Positions 52,006 to 64,000 of a DNA stretch of 64,000 nucleotides are shown piece by piece. The DNA lies in contig NC_043005.1 of assembly GCF_006345805.1 (NCBI RefSeq), positions 58,032,001 to 58,096,000 on the forward strand, read 5' to 3'. The notes beneath the pieces were generated by a model. The model made no database searches. It worked only from the letters and a program-made list of their open reading frames with translations, and was not told the DNA's origin. This DNA is from Octopus sinensis (taxonomy: Eukaryota). The stretch's first letter is position 1, and every line of letters begins with the position of its first letter. The translations under genes were made by a program, and so were the position numbers.

Positions 52006-55000
52006 CAGAATTAATATTAAACACAATAAGGATCTAGAACACTACCTAAAGAAGCATCAAGGCATATATTTTGTTTTTGATAACATATAAGACTCTCACT
52101 TTTTTTTTTTTTTTTGCAAAGAAGTGTTATAAAAATTAAAAAAAACCCACACCAGGACCTGTATGTTAAGTTTTTATAAAATGTATTCCGCTTTAGTTTT
52201 TCTTGTATGTTTTATTATTGCAATCTTGTTGGGCATTTTCACTATTGTGATTCCTTGCTTTATGTTCAGCTGTACTTCTTAATTTTCATATCTTCTATCT
52301 TTAATTTTTATCTGGTTTGTTTCAGTCATTAGACTGAAACACTGCCATGCTGGAGCACCACCTTGAGGAATTTTAGTTGAACTGACCAATCTCAGAACAT
52401 ATATTCTTTTAAAGCTTGGTACTTATTCTATTGGTCTCTTTTGCTGAACTGCTAAGTTATGGGATATAAACACACCAATGCCAGTTGTCAAGTGGTGGTG
52501 GGACATACACACACATATACAGCTACAAACACACACATGACAGGTTTCTTTTAGTTTCCATCTACTAAATCCACTTACAAAGTTTTGGTTGGCCCGAGTC
52601 TATAGCAGAAAACACTTGCTCAAGGTGCCATGCGATGGGAGTAAACCCAGGACAATGTGGTTAGGAAGCAGACTTCTTACCACACAGCCATGCCTGCACC
52701 TGAGTACATAATTTTTTCCTGCGGTAGCTAAGGTACTTTTGTAATGTTCTCTTATGTATCTCTTAGACAGCTTTAAATATTACCTGCTTTAATGCTCAAA
52801 AAACTACCTGGCCACATATTATGACCCTGTGCCCTAAGAACATTCCCTGGCAATTCCCATCATTCATCGTTCTCTTCCTTACTCTATCATCCCACCTATG
52901 CTCTGAACCCCATTCCCTGTGAGTATATCCTGGCACTTCACCATCATCTCTCTCCTACTCTTTTATCTTGGCCTTATTTTATTCAAATGTAACCGTTGAA
53001 TGTTCTCCCATTAGCATCTCCCACTCCATAATTTCTTATATGTTTATTATTGGAACAGCTGTAAAAACAATCTCAAAACTGACCTCGCTTGTGCTTGTGC
53101 CATGTAAAATGCACTTTGTCCACTCTGCAGAGTGGTTGGAGTTAGGAAGGGCATTCAGCCATAAAATCCATGCAAAACAGACACAGCAGCCTGGTGTAGT
53201 CTTCTACCTGGCCAGCTCCTGTCAAACCATCCAAAGCATGCCAGCACAGAAGGTGGACATTAAATGATGGTGATGATAATGAAAATGATTAATGGTCTAT
53301 AAACTTCTGCCCTGAATGTGCACTGCTGAAATTGTCGTCCATTCTTGTGTTGTTTATGCCATCAAATATGATATATAAATAATATTTATTAATGATGCAT
53401 CTTGAAGTGAATACATCTATAACTCATAGATTATAATACATTGGGCTAAACATTGCTGCAACTTCATACATCTTATGTAATCCAGGCTTGAATCCCAAAG
53501 GTAGCTTTCCTACTTTTTTCTAATCAAATGATTTTTGACCCACGTGGCCTATGCCAAGGGTGTAACAAGTCCACTTATGCATACCTTTCGTTCATTGGAC
53601 ACTATGATTGTGAAGACCTGTTGAGGTAAGTGAAATCGAAATCAAATTTGATGACTGGCATCTGTGCTAGTGGAGTGCTAAGAGCATCATCCAAGCATGA
53701 TCGTTGCCAGAGCAGCTAACTGGCTTCCATGCCGGTGGCACGTAAGAGGCACCATTTGAGTGTGATCATTACCAGCGTTGCCTTACTGGCACTTGTGCTG
53801 GTGGCACATGAAAAACATTCGAGCAAGGTCATTGCCAGTGCCACTGGACTGGCTCCTCTGCAGGTGACATGTAAAAAACACCATTTGAGCATGGCCATTG
53901 CCAGTACTGCCTGACTGGCTCTCGTGCTGGCGGCACGTAAAAGTACCCACTACACTCTCAGATTGGTTGGCATTAGGAAGGGCATCCAGCTGTAGAAACT
54001 CTGCCAGATCAAGATTGGAGTCTGGTGCAGCCATCTGGTTCACCAGTCATCAGTCAAATCGTCCAACCCATGCTAGCATGGAAAGCGGACGTTAAACGAT
54101 GATGATGATGATACATCATAAGCTGTTATCTGTGGCTATATTTGCTTCAAAACACACTAACAACATGGATCTATTTGGTCAAAAGAGAATCAAGTAGCCT
54201 AGACATAAGACTTGGTCAAAATATTACCTGCCAGATGATAAATTGTTATTTGTTGCACCATAATAGAAGATTACAAATTCTGTGTGGCATGATATATTAA
54301 TGTGTTGTTGATATTCCCTAAGCATGAAGTTTGTCATGAAATTAATTCAAATCTGTTTAATTTTTATAAATATTTGGCTGCGAAATATATCTGCGATCAG
54401 ACAAACCCCAGTGTACAATTTAATAAGTGACAAGTGATGGATGATATGAGTAATGTTTGATTGTTAAATAAACTTGATGAATGAAAATGCTATCATAGAA
54501 AATTTCATTTTTAAAAAGTGCTGCCAATGTAAGAAGTTTGGAATGCACTGTTTTATAGAGTGGCCACTTACATACTTATTCTATCAGAGGATACAAACCA
54601 GTATTTACCATTTCCAAGGTGACTATTTTAACTGTGTTAACAGTGAACTGTAAACTAGACAAGAGCATCAGACAAGAGGCCTTACATATCTGTTCAAGAT
54701 TTTAGTGGTCTGAGATAAAAAATCCTTCTCCCTGTTACTGACCCACTCTTCATAGAGGAGGGTGAACCTTCACAGAGGCCAGTGTGGTTGTGTGTTTATG
54801 AAGATCATTTTGTAACCACCTAGTTTCAGGTTCACTCACACTGTGTAGCACCTTGGCCAAGTGTCTTCTACTATAACCCTGAGGCAACCAATGCCTTGTG
54901 AGTGAATTTGATAGATGGATATTGTAAAGATAGGTTTGGCTAGTGTATCAGTTGAGAGCTTGGAGAACCAGCAAGGGATCGAAGACTATCTGCTAAGCCT

Positions 55001-56338
55001 TTCCCTAAAAGAGAAAAGAAAAACCTCATTATCAACTTGAAATTTGAGAGGAACCCACCTCTCATAGCCTGAAAGCTGTTGCATTCTGCCTTACCAAATT
55101 TATCTGAGGTACTGGATCCTACATTTAAACAGGATAAGCATTAGGATAGAGAAAAAAAAAAAAAAAGAAAAAATACTATTTTAACTGTATCATTACTGTC
55201 ATAAAAAACACACACCACTTTTGAAAACACAAAAAAAAACATAAATAAACAGGTGTGGCTGTGTGGTAAGAATTTTGCTCCCCAGCCACATGATGCCAGG
55301 TTTAGTCCCACTGTGTGGCACCTTGGGCAAGTGTCTGCTACTATAGTCTTTGGCCAACCAAAGCTTTGTGAGCGGATTCAGAAGAAACTGTAAGAAGCTT
55401 GTCATATATATATATATATATATATATATATCTATGTGTGTGTGTGTGTGTGTGTCTGTTCCCCGATCACCACTTGACAACCGGTGTTGGTCCTTTTACA
55501 TCCCCACAACTAAGCACTTCAGCAGAAGTGGAATTCCAAACATGCTTTGTCTTGTTAGGTTTTTCTTCAGCGAAGCACAAATTATACCAAGCTTGCCAAA
55601 GGGAAAAATGAGAGAATGACTAAGTAAATGTAGACAACGATTGCTAATAGTAAATCTACATGATGAGAACTTACAGAAAATTAAGAGACTTACAAAAAAA
55701 AACAAAAAAAAAACAAAAAGCCCACAAAAACGGTTTAATTGTATTTACACTATCCAAGAAACACTAAAATTAAAAGTCAAGTGACCATGTCACATGACTT
55801 CACATAACCTATCGGGATGTCAGGTATTACACATTGCTGGTCATAATGTGCTTTTGCATTGTTTTAGCCTTCAAATGATGCCACCTTGCTGGCTAGGTGA
55901 GCAGGTCAACATTCCTCCCTGATCAAAAGGGGGACTGGGGCAATGTGAAATGAAGTGTTTTGCTTAAGAACACAATGCACTGCTCCGTCAGGGAATTGAA
56001 CTCATGATCAAGTGATTGTGAGAGCAACAGCCTAACCACTAAGTCATATGCCTTCACACAAAAAAAAAAAAACTAGAAGTAATCTCTGGAAATTAATTTC
56101 CTAACAAGGAGTTCTTTTGCTCCTATTGTAATTCCGTTCACATCTTCAACACATTACTGGAATATATATCACCCTCAATACTTCACCGGTACTTGATTTT
56201 CTCAAGCTCAGAAAGAATGAAATCTGAGTACAAATCTGAACCCAGATTCATTTGAACTCAGAGTAATGGAACAAGTGAAAAATAAAGAAAAAAAGAATCA
56301 ATAATAAAATCAAAAAATAATAAAATAAGCAAGTTGAC

Positions 56339-56800
56339 TATGAGGTGGGTACTGGAAAGTTCTTGGCTTTAAGAGTATTGTGAAAGGCTTGGTTGCAGGC
56401 CCAAACTTCTGAGTTCTTTTACAGGACTCAGAAAAACTGAAGGACCACTGCAATAAGTGTATGAATCTGCAAGGGGAATATGTTGAATAAAATCATAATT
56501 AACTGATCCTCCTTTATTTTCTTTTACCTAAAACCAAAAAATTTTCAGCACCTCCTTGTACCTACATACATACATATATACGAGGGGTTCTGAAAAGTTC
56601 CTGGCTTTAAGGGTGTCGTGAAAGGCCTGGTTGGAGGCCCAGCCTTCTGAGTTCTTTTCACAGAGCTTAGAAAAACTGAAGGACCATTGCAATAGGTGTG
56701 TGAATCTGAGCAGGGAATATGTTGAATAAAATCATAATTAATTGATCCTTCTGTATTTTATTCTACCCAAAGTAAGGAACTTTTCTGCACCCCTTTTGTA
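56339..56800 (+). mobile_element. Two adjacent mariner-derived MITEs (56339-56560, 56579-56800)
   Basis: Each is TA-flanked with TIRs (cgaggggttctgaaaagttcctggc / aggaacttttctgcacccctt) and retains the transposase C-terminus KLKDHCNRCVNLSREYVE*. Confidence 0.85.
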
Positions 56801-57822
56801 TATCATTGGAAAGCATTGTGAAGTTCACTATTGTATTTAACAATTGTTTTATCTGTATCAATATCTATTAATCAATATGTGTGTGTGTGACAGTAATATC
56901 TGCAGCCACATGTGGTGTGATGTCATATGAAGAGAAATTTCAGTGTTCAAATCTTTCCTCCTCACACCTTCAATTTTCTTTTCACTCCAAGGGGAGCTTA
57001 TTCCAGCCAACTATTTTCTTTCTTTTTTGACATACAAGAAACAGACTTACGTGAGCAACATAACAATACACAGGAAAAAAAAAAAACCAACAAAAAATAA
57101 AAAACAAAAGTAAATAAAACGAACTCAACAATTAAGCAAATTAGTAAAAAAAAGATGTCTATCAGCCAAAAATAAAAAAAAAAAAATGAAATAGTTACTA
57201 AAACAATTGGTAATGAAATAAAAATTCAACAGTTGAAAGTTCTGGAAATTAGTTTAAACTCTCATTAAGCATTCATTCATATGAAAAGATGAGAATTTGC
57301 CAAAAGAAAAAAGAAAAAAAAAATTTTGGAAATAAAAATACAATTTAAAAAAAAAAATCCCCCAAAACCTCATGAATGAAAAAGAAGAGAATCAAAACAA
57401 ACAATTGAATATTGATAAATATTGAACAATAAGCTTTGTAGTCTGTAGAGGAATTTATGAGATTCTTGCCAAAAATGTAAATTTTCTGCTTTCTTACTAA
57501 TGAAACAAGAAACAAACGAATTATTACAATGTTGGAAAACCAAGATGAACCACAAAAGAAAAAAAAAAAAAGAAATAAAAATGGAAAATAAACAACTTGG
57601 AGTACTCATTACTAATATCAGGACTTGTAATAGATATATACTACAGTGCATGATTGATGTATTTCTGAATATTTTCAGATGCATATGTTTGTGTACATGT
57701 ATATTATACATACATGCACTTCCCATACACAGATGCGTGCGTGTGTGTGTGTGGTGTGTGTGTATATTGTTTGTAGAAAACATAAATCCAAAAGAAGAAG
57801 CACGCTCTAAGATGAAGAGCAG

Positions 57823-58318
57823 TATATATTAAAAATGGGGAAGGCCGGTTTATGGGATTGCCTTAGGTTTCCTGTTCATAAAGGGTTTAGCTTTATGGCA
57901 TATCATCAGATCCGAAAACTTGTTGGCCCATGACCTCTTCAAAATATGGAATGGGGAAATGCCTCACTACTCAAAAGTAAACAGTTGGGGGATTACAAAT
58001 CTAAACATGGCCCCAAAATCTCTGTTCTGGAGTTAAGGATGTTCCCTGGTTTGATTGAGTCCTTTAGGATGTTTGTGAGTTCAACTGTGCATAACTTGCA
58101 ATGCTTTGTCCCATTGATGTAGGGGCCTGTAGGATTTTTCGAGCAAAGGGAGATAATCCCCAACTGTTTACCTTTGAGTAGTGAGGCATTTCCCCCTACA
58201 TGTTTGGAAGAGGTCATGGGCCAACAGGTTTGGGATCTGACGATACGCCATAAAGCTAAACTCTTTATGGAAGGGAAACCTAAGGTAATCCCATAAACCG
58301 GCTTTCCCCACTTTTAAT
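57823..58318. mobile_element. Penelope-like fold-back: inverted terminal repeats around an endonuclease C-terminal fragment
   Basis: Arms 57823-57995 and 58151-58318; minus-strand spacer reads PYINGTKHCKLCTVELTNIL...NILNSRTEILGPC, like PLE endonuclease C-termini; TA flanks. Confidence 0.8.
58227..58299 (+). ncRNA. Type I hammerhead motif (mirror copy at about 57847-57917, minus strand)
   Basis: GGTTTGGGAT CTGACGA tacg CCATAAAG-ctaaact-CTTTATGG aagg GAAA CCT-A-AGG TA ATCCCATAAACC; the base of stem II is mismatched. Confidence 0.6.
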
Positions 58319-59369
58319 GATATATATATTTATATATATATATATATATACAGGTATGTTGATGCAAACAAGGAAAATAGAATTCAAAATATGAGTATAT
58401 GTATATTTTTATTAATATTTAGCAGAAGTAACAGAGTGACTCAAGTTCTGAGAGTCTCATGCATTGGCATTTATCAAAAGTGCCAACACATGAAATTCTC
58501 AGACCTTGAGTCACTTTGTCACTTCTGTTAAATATATATATATATATATATTAATAAATGAAATAAAACATATGCATATATATAAACATATATGTACGTA
58601 CCTACCTCTACATGTACATATACACGCATATATGAGTACAGGACACCAAAGGGACGTCGAACACAAAGAGAAACGAAAACATAGACACAAACCAAAGGAA
58701 CAGGACATTTTTTTAAAAACAACAAAAAATGGAGTACAGGACAATTAACACAACGAAAAAACCCCTTCTTCAGTCGCTAATGTTTCATCTACTCTACGTT
58801 TCGAAGGATAAAAGCGAGACATATCTTTGACAAGAAACTTTCCTTCCTGCGAAAAGCAAATCAATTAAAATTCTGAGATCTTTTCGCAGAGGGGTAAAAA
58901 ATGGTAAAAAAATGATATATATATAGTTCAAACTTACAGAAAACAGAAGAAAGGTGAGGAAGCAACAAGTGGGTGTAATAGTTTGATGCTTGGGGAAAAT
59001 GGAAAAGTTTTCGACGTTTTGAGCCTAGGTTCTTCAGCAGAAAGGGTTGAGGGGAAAGAAATGGAGAGAGAATGAAAAAACAACAGAGAGAGAAACAAAT
59101 GTGTAGGGATTAACGATTCGACATGATGGAATTACCAGTTGAAAAGGGAGATAATAACAGTGATCCAGCGGAACTAGGGTGTGCAAGTGATGTGTGTGTG
59201 TGTGTGTGTGTGTGTGTGAGTGTATATGTGTGAACAGGGGTGAGTGTGTGTGAATGCATGTGTGGGCAAGCTTAAAATCGTGCGTGTGTGTGTGTATAAG
59301 TAACTTAGTGTATGCATTGTGTGGCATGATGTGTGTTTTGAGTATTTATGTGTGAGCGTGTGTGTGTGT

Positions 59370-59620
59370 GTGTGAGAGGCTGTGTATAGTATGTGTGTGC
59401 ATATAGACATGTGAGGCTGTGTATAGTGTGTGAGGCTATCGAGTGTGTGTATATAGACATGTGAGGCTGTGTATAGTATGTGTGTGCATATAGACATGTG
59501 AGGCTGTGTATAGTGTGTGAGGCTATCGAGTGTGTGTGTGTATATAGACATGTGAGGCTGTGTATAGTATGTATGTGCATATAGACATATTAGGCTGTGT
59601 ATAGAATGTGTGTGAAGCTA
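59370..59620. repeat. Minisatellite built from gtgaggctgtgtatagt / atatagacat subunits
   Basis: Repeated gtgaggctgtgtatagt and gcatatagacat blocks with a composite period of roughly 75-80 bp. Confidence 0.8.
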
Positions 59621-61486
59621 TTGTGTGTGTGTGTGTGCACGCAAACACTCATGTGTAGCAGCTAATGTAAGCTTGTTTGAGTGGTGTGTGCACGTGTGTG
59701 TGTGTGTGTGTGTGTTAGTGCACGAAGTGTACATGTGACTGTGTGTTTTGTGTAGGTTTATGTGTGAAACTTGTATATGTTTATGTGCTGGTATAGACAT
59801 GTGATATGTTTGGATGATATCAATCATGTGAGTGAGTGCCACCCAAACCAGGTGGAAGAAAACTGCTTAGAAAGGGCCAAATGTATATGAAGGATAATGA
59901 TTTAGAAGAAAAGTGTCAACTAATCCTGTATGACGAGAAGAAGATCTAGAAACATATGGACTGAAGTGATTAAAGCTGATCTCAAGAGGCTGAACTCCAT
60001 GAACAAGATGACAAAGGACTACAAAAAGTGACTTAAGTTTCACATGCCTCTCACAGAAGCACTTCTTTTTCGGGCTTTATATGTGTGTGTGTACGTGTGT
60101 ATGCTTATATGCATATGTATGTGTGCCTGTATGTATATATGTGTGCGTGTGTTTATATGTATATATATGTGTGTATGCATATATGTAATTGTGCATGTGT
60201 ATTTATATATATATTTTTTGTCTTTTACTTGTTTCTGTCATTGGAGTACGGTCATGGTAGAGTACTGCATTGAATGGTTTATTTGAACAGATTGACTCAA
60301 GTTCTTGCTGTTTAGTTATGGTGATATAAATAAACCAACAGCGGTTGAGAAGCCATGGTATGAGCTGACAACCCCTTATGCGAATACAGACACACACATA
60401 TACATACCCATTTGTTCATAAATACATACATACTGTGTGTCATCTTGGGCAAGTGTCTATCACCAATTCACCATAGCCTTGGAATGACAAGTGCCATATG
60501 AGTGAAACTAGGTAAATGGAAACTATCTGGAAGAAGTCGGATGCATTGTACCCACAACATAAAGGACCATATATACATATGTTGTTTGTGTGAGTGTCTG
60601 TGTATAGATATACATATTTATGTATGTTGGTTTCAATTTTTGGCATAAGACTAGTAATTTTGTGGGAGGGAATAAGTTGATTACATCGACCTCAAAACTC
60701 AGAATATAAAGATGTAAGAAATGCCACTAAACATTTTGTCCAGTGCAGTAATAATTCTTCCATCTTGCTGCCTTATACATTTATGTATATTGGTAATAAG
60801 GTTAGTCAAAAGAAATGAAGGAACTGTTCCTTAGTTTATTGAAATACAGGTACAGAAAATCTTCATATTTTCCATAGAAATGAAAGGAAATGAAATGAAA
60901 TGACATAAAATAAAATTAAGTAAAATAGAATGTTTATATTATTTATGAATTTCTCATCATTATGTCTCAAGTAGACATGAGCATTCACACACAATAAATG
61001 ATGAAAATTCTTTAAATGTAATAGCATAAATATTCCACTTTATTTTACATTGCATTATTTCATGTTATTATATTTTATTTCATTCCATTTAGCTTTCTTT
61101 GAAAATTTGAAGATGTCTTGTGTTTGCATATAAATAACCAAGAAACAATTCCTTCATTTCTGACTAAAATTATTATTACTACTTATAGACTATTCTTTAC
61201 ACTACTTAAAACATTTAAATCTCTAATGCATGTGTATATATATATATATAACAGACAAGAAAGTAAATTTTGAATGCAGTATAGCTATGGAAACAGTAGA
61301 GAAAGATACGATATTTACTCTTAGAAGACAGAAAAAAACTTGCTAGCAGGAAGCTACAGGGAGTTGAACCCTGTACCTCTCAGATTCCAGCCAAGTTCTC
61401 AAACCATTAAACTAAACTGCCTGACAACCATTACCATCAATTTTAATGCTAAATAATAGTTCTTTTGAGTGTGAGAACATTTTATA

Positions 61487-61706
61487 AACAAACTTTGGAA
61501 GCACCAAATATGATGGTATTTTACAGACAAGAAAATTAATTTTGAATGTAGCATAGCTGTGAAAACAGCAGAGAAAGATTAGGTATTTTCTGTCGTCTAA
61601 GGGTAAATACCCAATCTTTTCCTGCTGTTTTCACAGCAATAGTGTTCAAAATTTACTTTGTCTATAAAATACCAGCACATTCAGTACTTCCAAAGTTAGT
61701 TTATGA
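61487..61706. repeat. (TA)n-associated fold-back repeat, with a direct copy of the arm at about 61251-61335 and a tRNA-like head between
   Basis: aaactttggaagcacc...gctgtgaaaacagcagagaaagattaggtattt / aaatacccaatcttttcctgctgttttcacagc...cttccaaagtt. Confidence 0.75.
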
Positions 61707-61707
61707 C

Positions 61708-61771
<64 letters not shown>

Positions 61772-62155
61772 CACACACACACACACACATATATATATAT
61801 GTATATATATATTATATATATATATATATATATAATATATATATATTGAGCATTCTGATCTAGTAAACATGTTAGTCTTCAATTACGAAAGAATTCAGTT
61901 GTAATAAATAATGGATACATACTTGTATAAGTGTTTTAGAATACTGAGTAGGAAGCAAATGTTAATTTGTGGTATAGTTCTTATACATGAATATAGCCTC
62001 TCTTTATTTTTTTGCTCTGAAAAAAAAAGGCAAAAAAAAACATATATATATAAATAAAAATATAAATATAATGGAATAATTACTATGAAGTATTGGGTAG
62101 AATATACTGTATAAAGAATCATGGGTAAGGCCAGAACAATGCGAAGTAAATGCAG

Positions 62156-63100
62156 GGCGAATCACAAGAAAACAAATATATGAATTAATGTACTTATCTT
62201 GCATTCAATATTTCGGGGTTATGATCCCATTTTCAAGAAATTAACGAACATTGCTGATATGCCTGTGTGTAGAGTGGACATGTGTAGAAAGGTGTTGCTA
62301 TAGCAACCAGCTAGCTTCCTGTAACTCTCTTCTGTTGTTGATCTTAGGTTCCTTTTGGTGTATGAGAATGGCCTCAGAGATTCTAAGGTTGCCCTTGTTC
62401 AGCTGTGTTGCCTTAATGTGCACTGTTCCTTCATGCATATATGCAGTTTTCTTGTTGCACTTCCTATGTAGGATGTGCCACATTTGTCAAAGATGATCTC
62501 ATACACAGCATAGGTCCTCTGGCACAAGTCAGAGTCATTGATGAGGTAGTTTGATAATGTGCACCCCTCAGCCTTCCCTGAGGAAAGCTCTGTCCAAGAA
62601 CAACACCTCTCACTACTCTGAAGAGTCCACATTATCGAACTGCTCCATCAATGACCCTGAATTGTACCAGAGGACCTATGCTGTATAAGAGATCATCTGT
62701 GGCAAATGTGGTGCATCCTACATAGGAAGCAACAGAAAACTGCATACACGCATAAAGGAACACATGCAAGCAGACACTTCCATGAAGAAACATCTATGGA
62801 AATGCCAGACCCGAGAATTCACAGTGCACATCAGGGCAACACAGAGGAACAGGTGCAACCTTAGAATATCTGAGGCCATCCTCATACACCAAAGAAAACC
62901 AAATAGCAACAACAGAAGAGAGTTACAGGAAGCTAGCTGGTTGCTATAGCAACACCTTACTGCACATGTCCACTCCACACATGCTCACACATATCAGCAA
63001 CATTTGTTAATTTCTTGAAAATGGGGTCATAACCCCAAAATATTAAAGGCAAGGTAAGTCTACATTAATTCATATATTTGTTTTCTTGTGATTTGCCTTG
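62156..63100. mobile_element. Penelope-like element fold-back: GIY-YIG endonuclease plus terminal repeat in both arms
   Basis: Right arm (62643-62949): AV*EIICGKCGASYIGSNRKLHTRIKEH...LRISEAILIHQRKPNSNNRREL. The left arm is a diverged mirror (AVYEIIFDKCGTSYIGSATRKLH). Loop about 62563-62626. Confidence 0.88.
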
Positions 63101-64000
63101 GATATGTTTGTAAGCCATGAGAAGTGGAATCTGATATTTTAAAATCAGTCCTTCAGTAGCCTTGTTCTTAAATGAATAAATAAGCCTATAAAGTTAAAAT
63201 CTCTCCATTGCTTAGCTTACAAACTTATCTAAACCCATGACCTTCTTTATATATATATATATGAAGACTTTGTATAGTATACAACATTTAAAAGGTAACT
63301 TAAGTTTTATGTAGTTGCATGCCAATTGTATTCAGTAAAAATAAAATTTTGGGCTGACTTGGTAACCATCACTCAGAAAAACCAATATGGCTACCAACAA
63401 GTTGCAAGTGTGAAAGGCAAAAAGTATGAGAATAAAGTTCTAAATAAGATAAATTGTGCGACTAGGAGTAAAAACTTAGCTACTTTGAAAGATCAGGTTT
63501 TGGGGATTGGTTATGTATAATGAATAGATTGAAATACACAAACACCTTTACAAAAATATATATTATTTAAACACACACATATATATTATCTCAGAAAAAC
63601 TACTGGTATAAAAGCACTATCAAAGGTGTGAAAGAAGGAAATGCATGTCTATGGCACAGAATATAAGGAAGTATTCTGCATAGGTCTATATGGAGTGGAG
63701 GTTGGCATGTATCTCCCAGAGATACATGTCTATGCTGGAACATTCTGCTGGGTTAGAATATATTTATTCGCGTAGGGATATCCTCTTAATATTTCATTCC
63801 AAATGTTCAAGACTTTTGCAGCATTTTTTAATCTGCTTAAATATGTTAGTTAGTTAGTTAATTTGGCTCAAAAGCAAATAGCAAGGCCATGTAGGGGGAC
63901 ATGGAATTAAGTACAGGGTGGTGTTCATGTAAAGAGTTCAGGCCACTTGAGGTCAAGGGAGGCTTTGAACAAAGCGGTCGTCGGCATCTTCACCATCTCG

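Overview
AT-rich eukaryotic DNA dense in microsatellites and SINEs. The repeat families look like those of octopus (a coleoid cephalopod); this is recognition from memory, not a database result. One host gene is recognisable: the first coding exon of IFT88 on the minus strand (2404-2514). About 7 kb upstream is a CpG-rich region with two RFX X-box matches and splice donors on both strands, probably a bidirectional promoter whose plus-strand partner is unidentified. The rest is mostly mobile DNA: several tRNA-derived SINE families, RTE-related (GAT)n-tailed elements, RLE-type and CR1-like LINE remnants, mariner MITEs, a Helentron-like element and many Penelope-like element (PLE) fragments (RT, GIY-YIG). 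The main finding is a set of type I hammerhead ribozyme (HHR) motifs. A 3.9 kb (TA)n-flanked array of near-identical 535 bp units (11595-15535) is arranged as two divergent arms and carries 7 complete HHR motifs, 6 with a CCGAUGA core and 1 with the canonical CUGAUGA. Further HHRs from other families lie at 15.8, 28.2, 29.3 and 58.2 kb, including a U3-A8 covariant core, and degenerate ones occur elsewhere. All five HHR-bearing fold-backs have the same polarity. This fits a retrozyme or PLE pseudo-LTR system that inserts into (TA)n by dual priming. All RNA structures were paired by eye; none was computed or tested.
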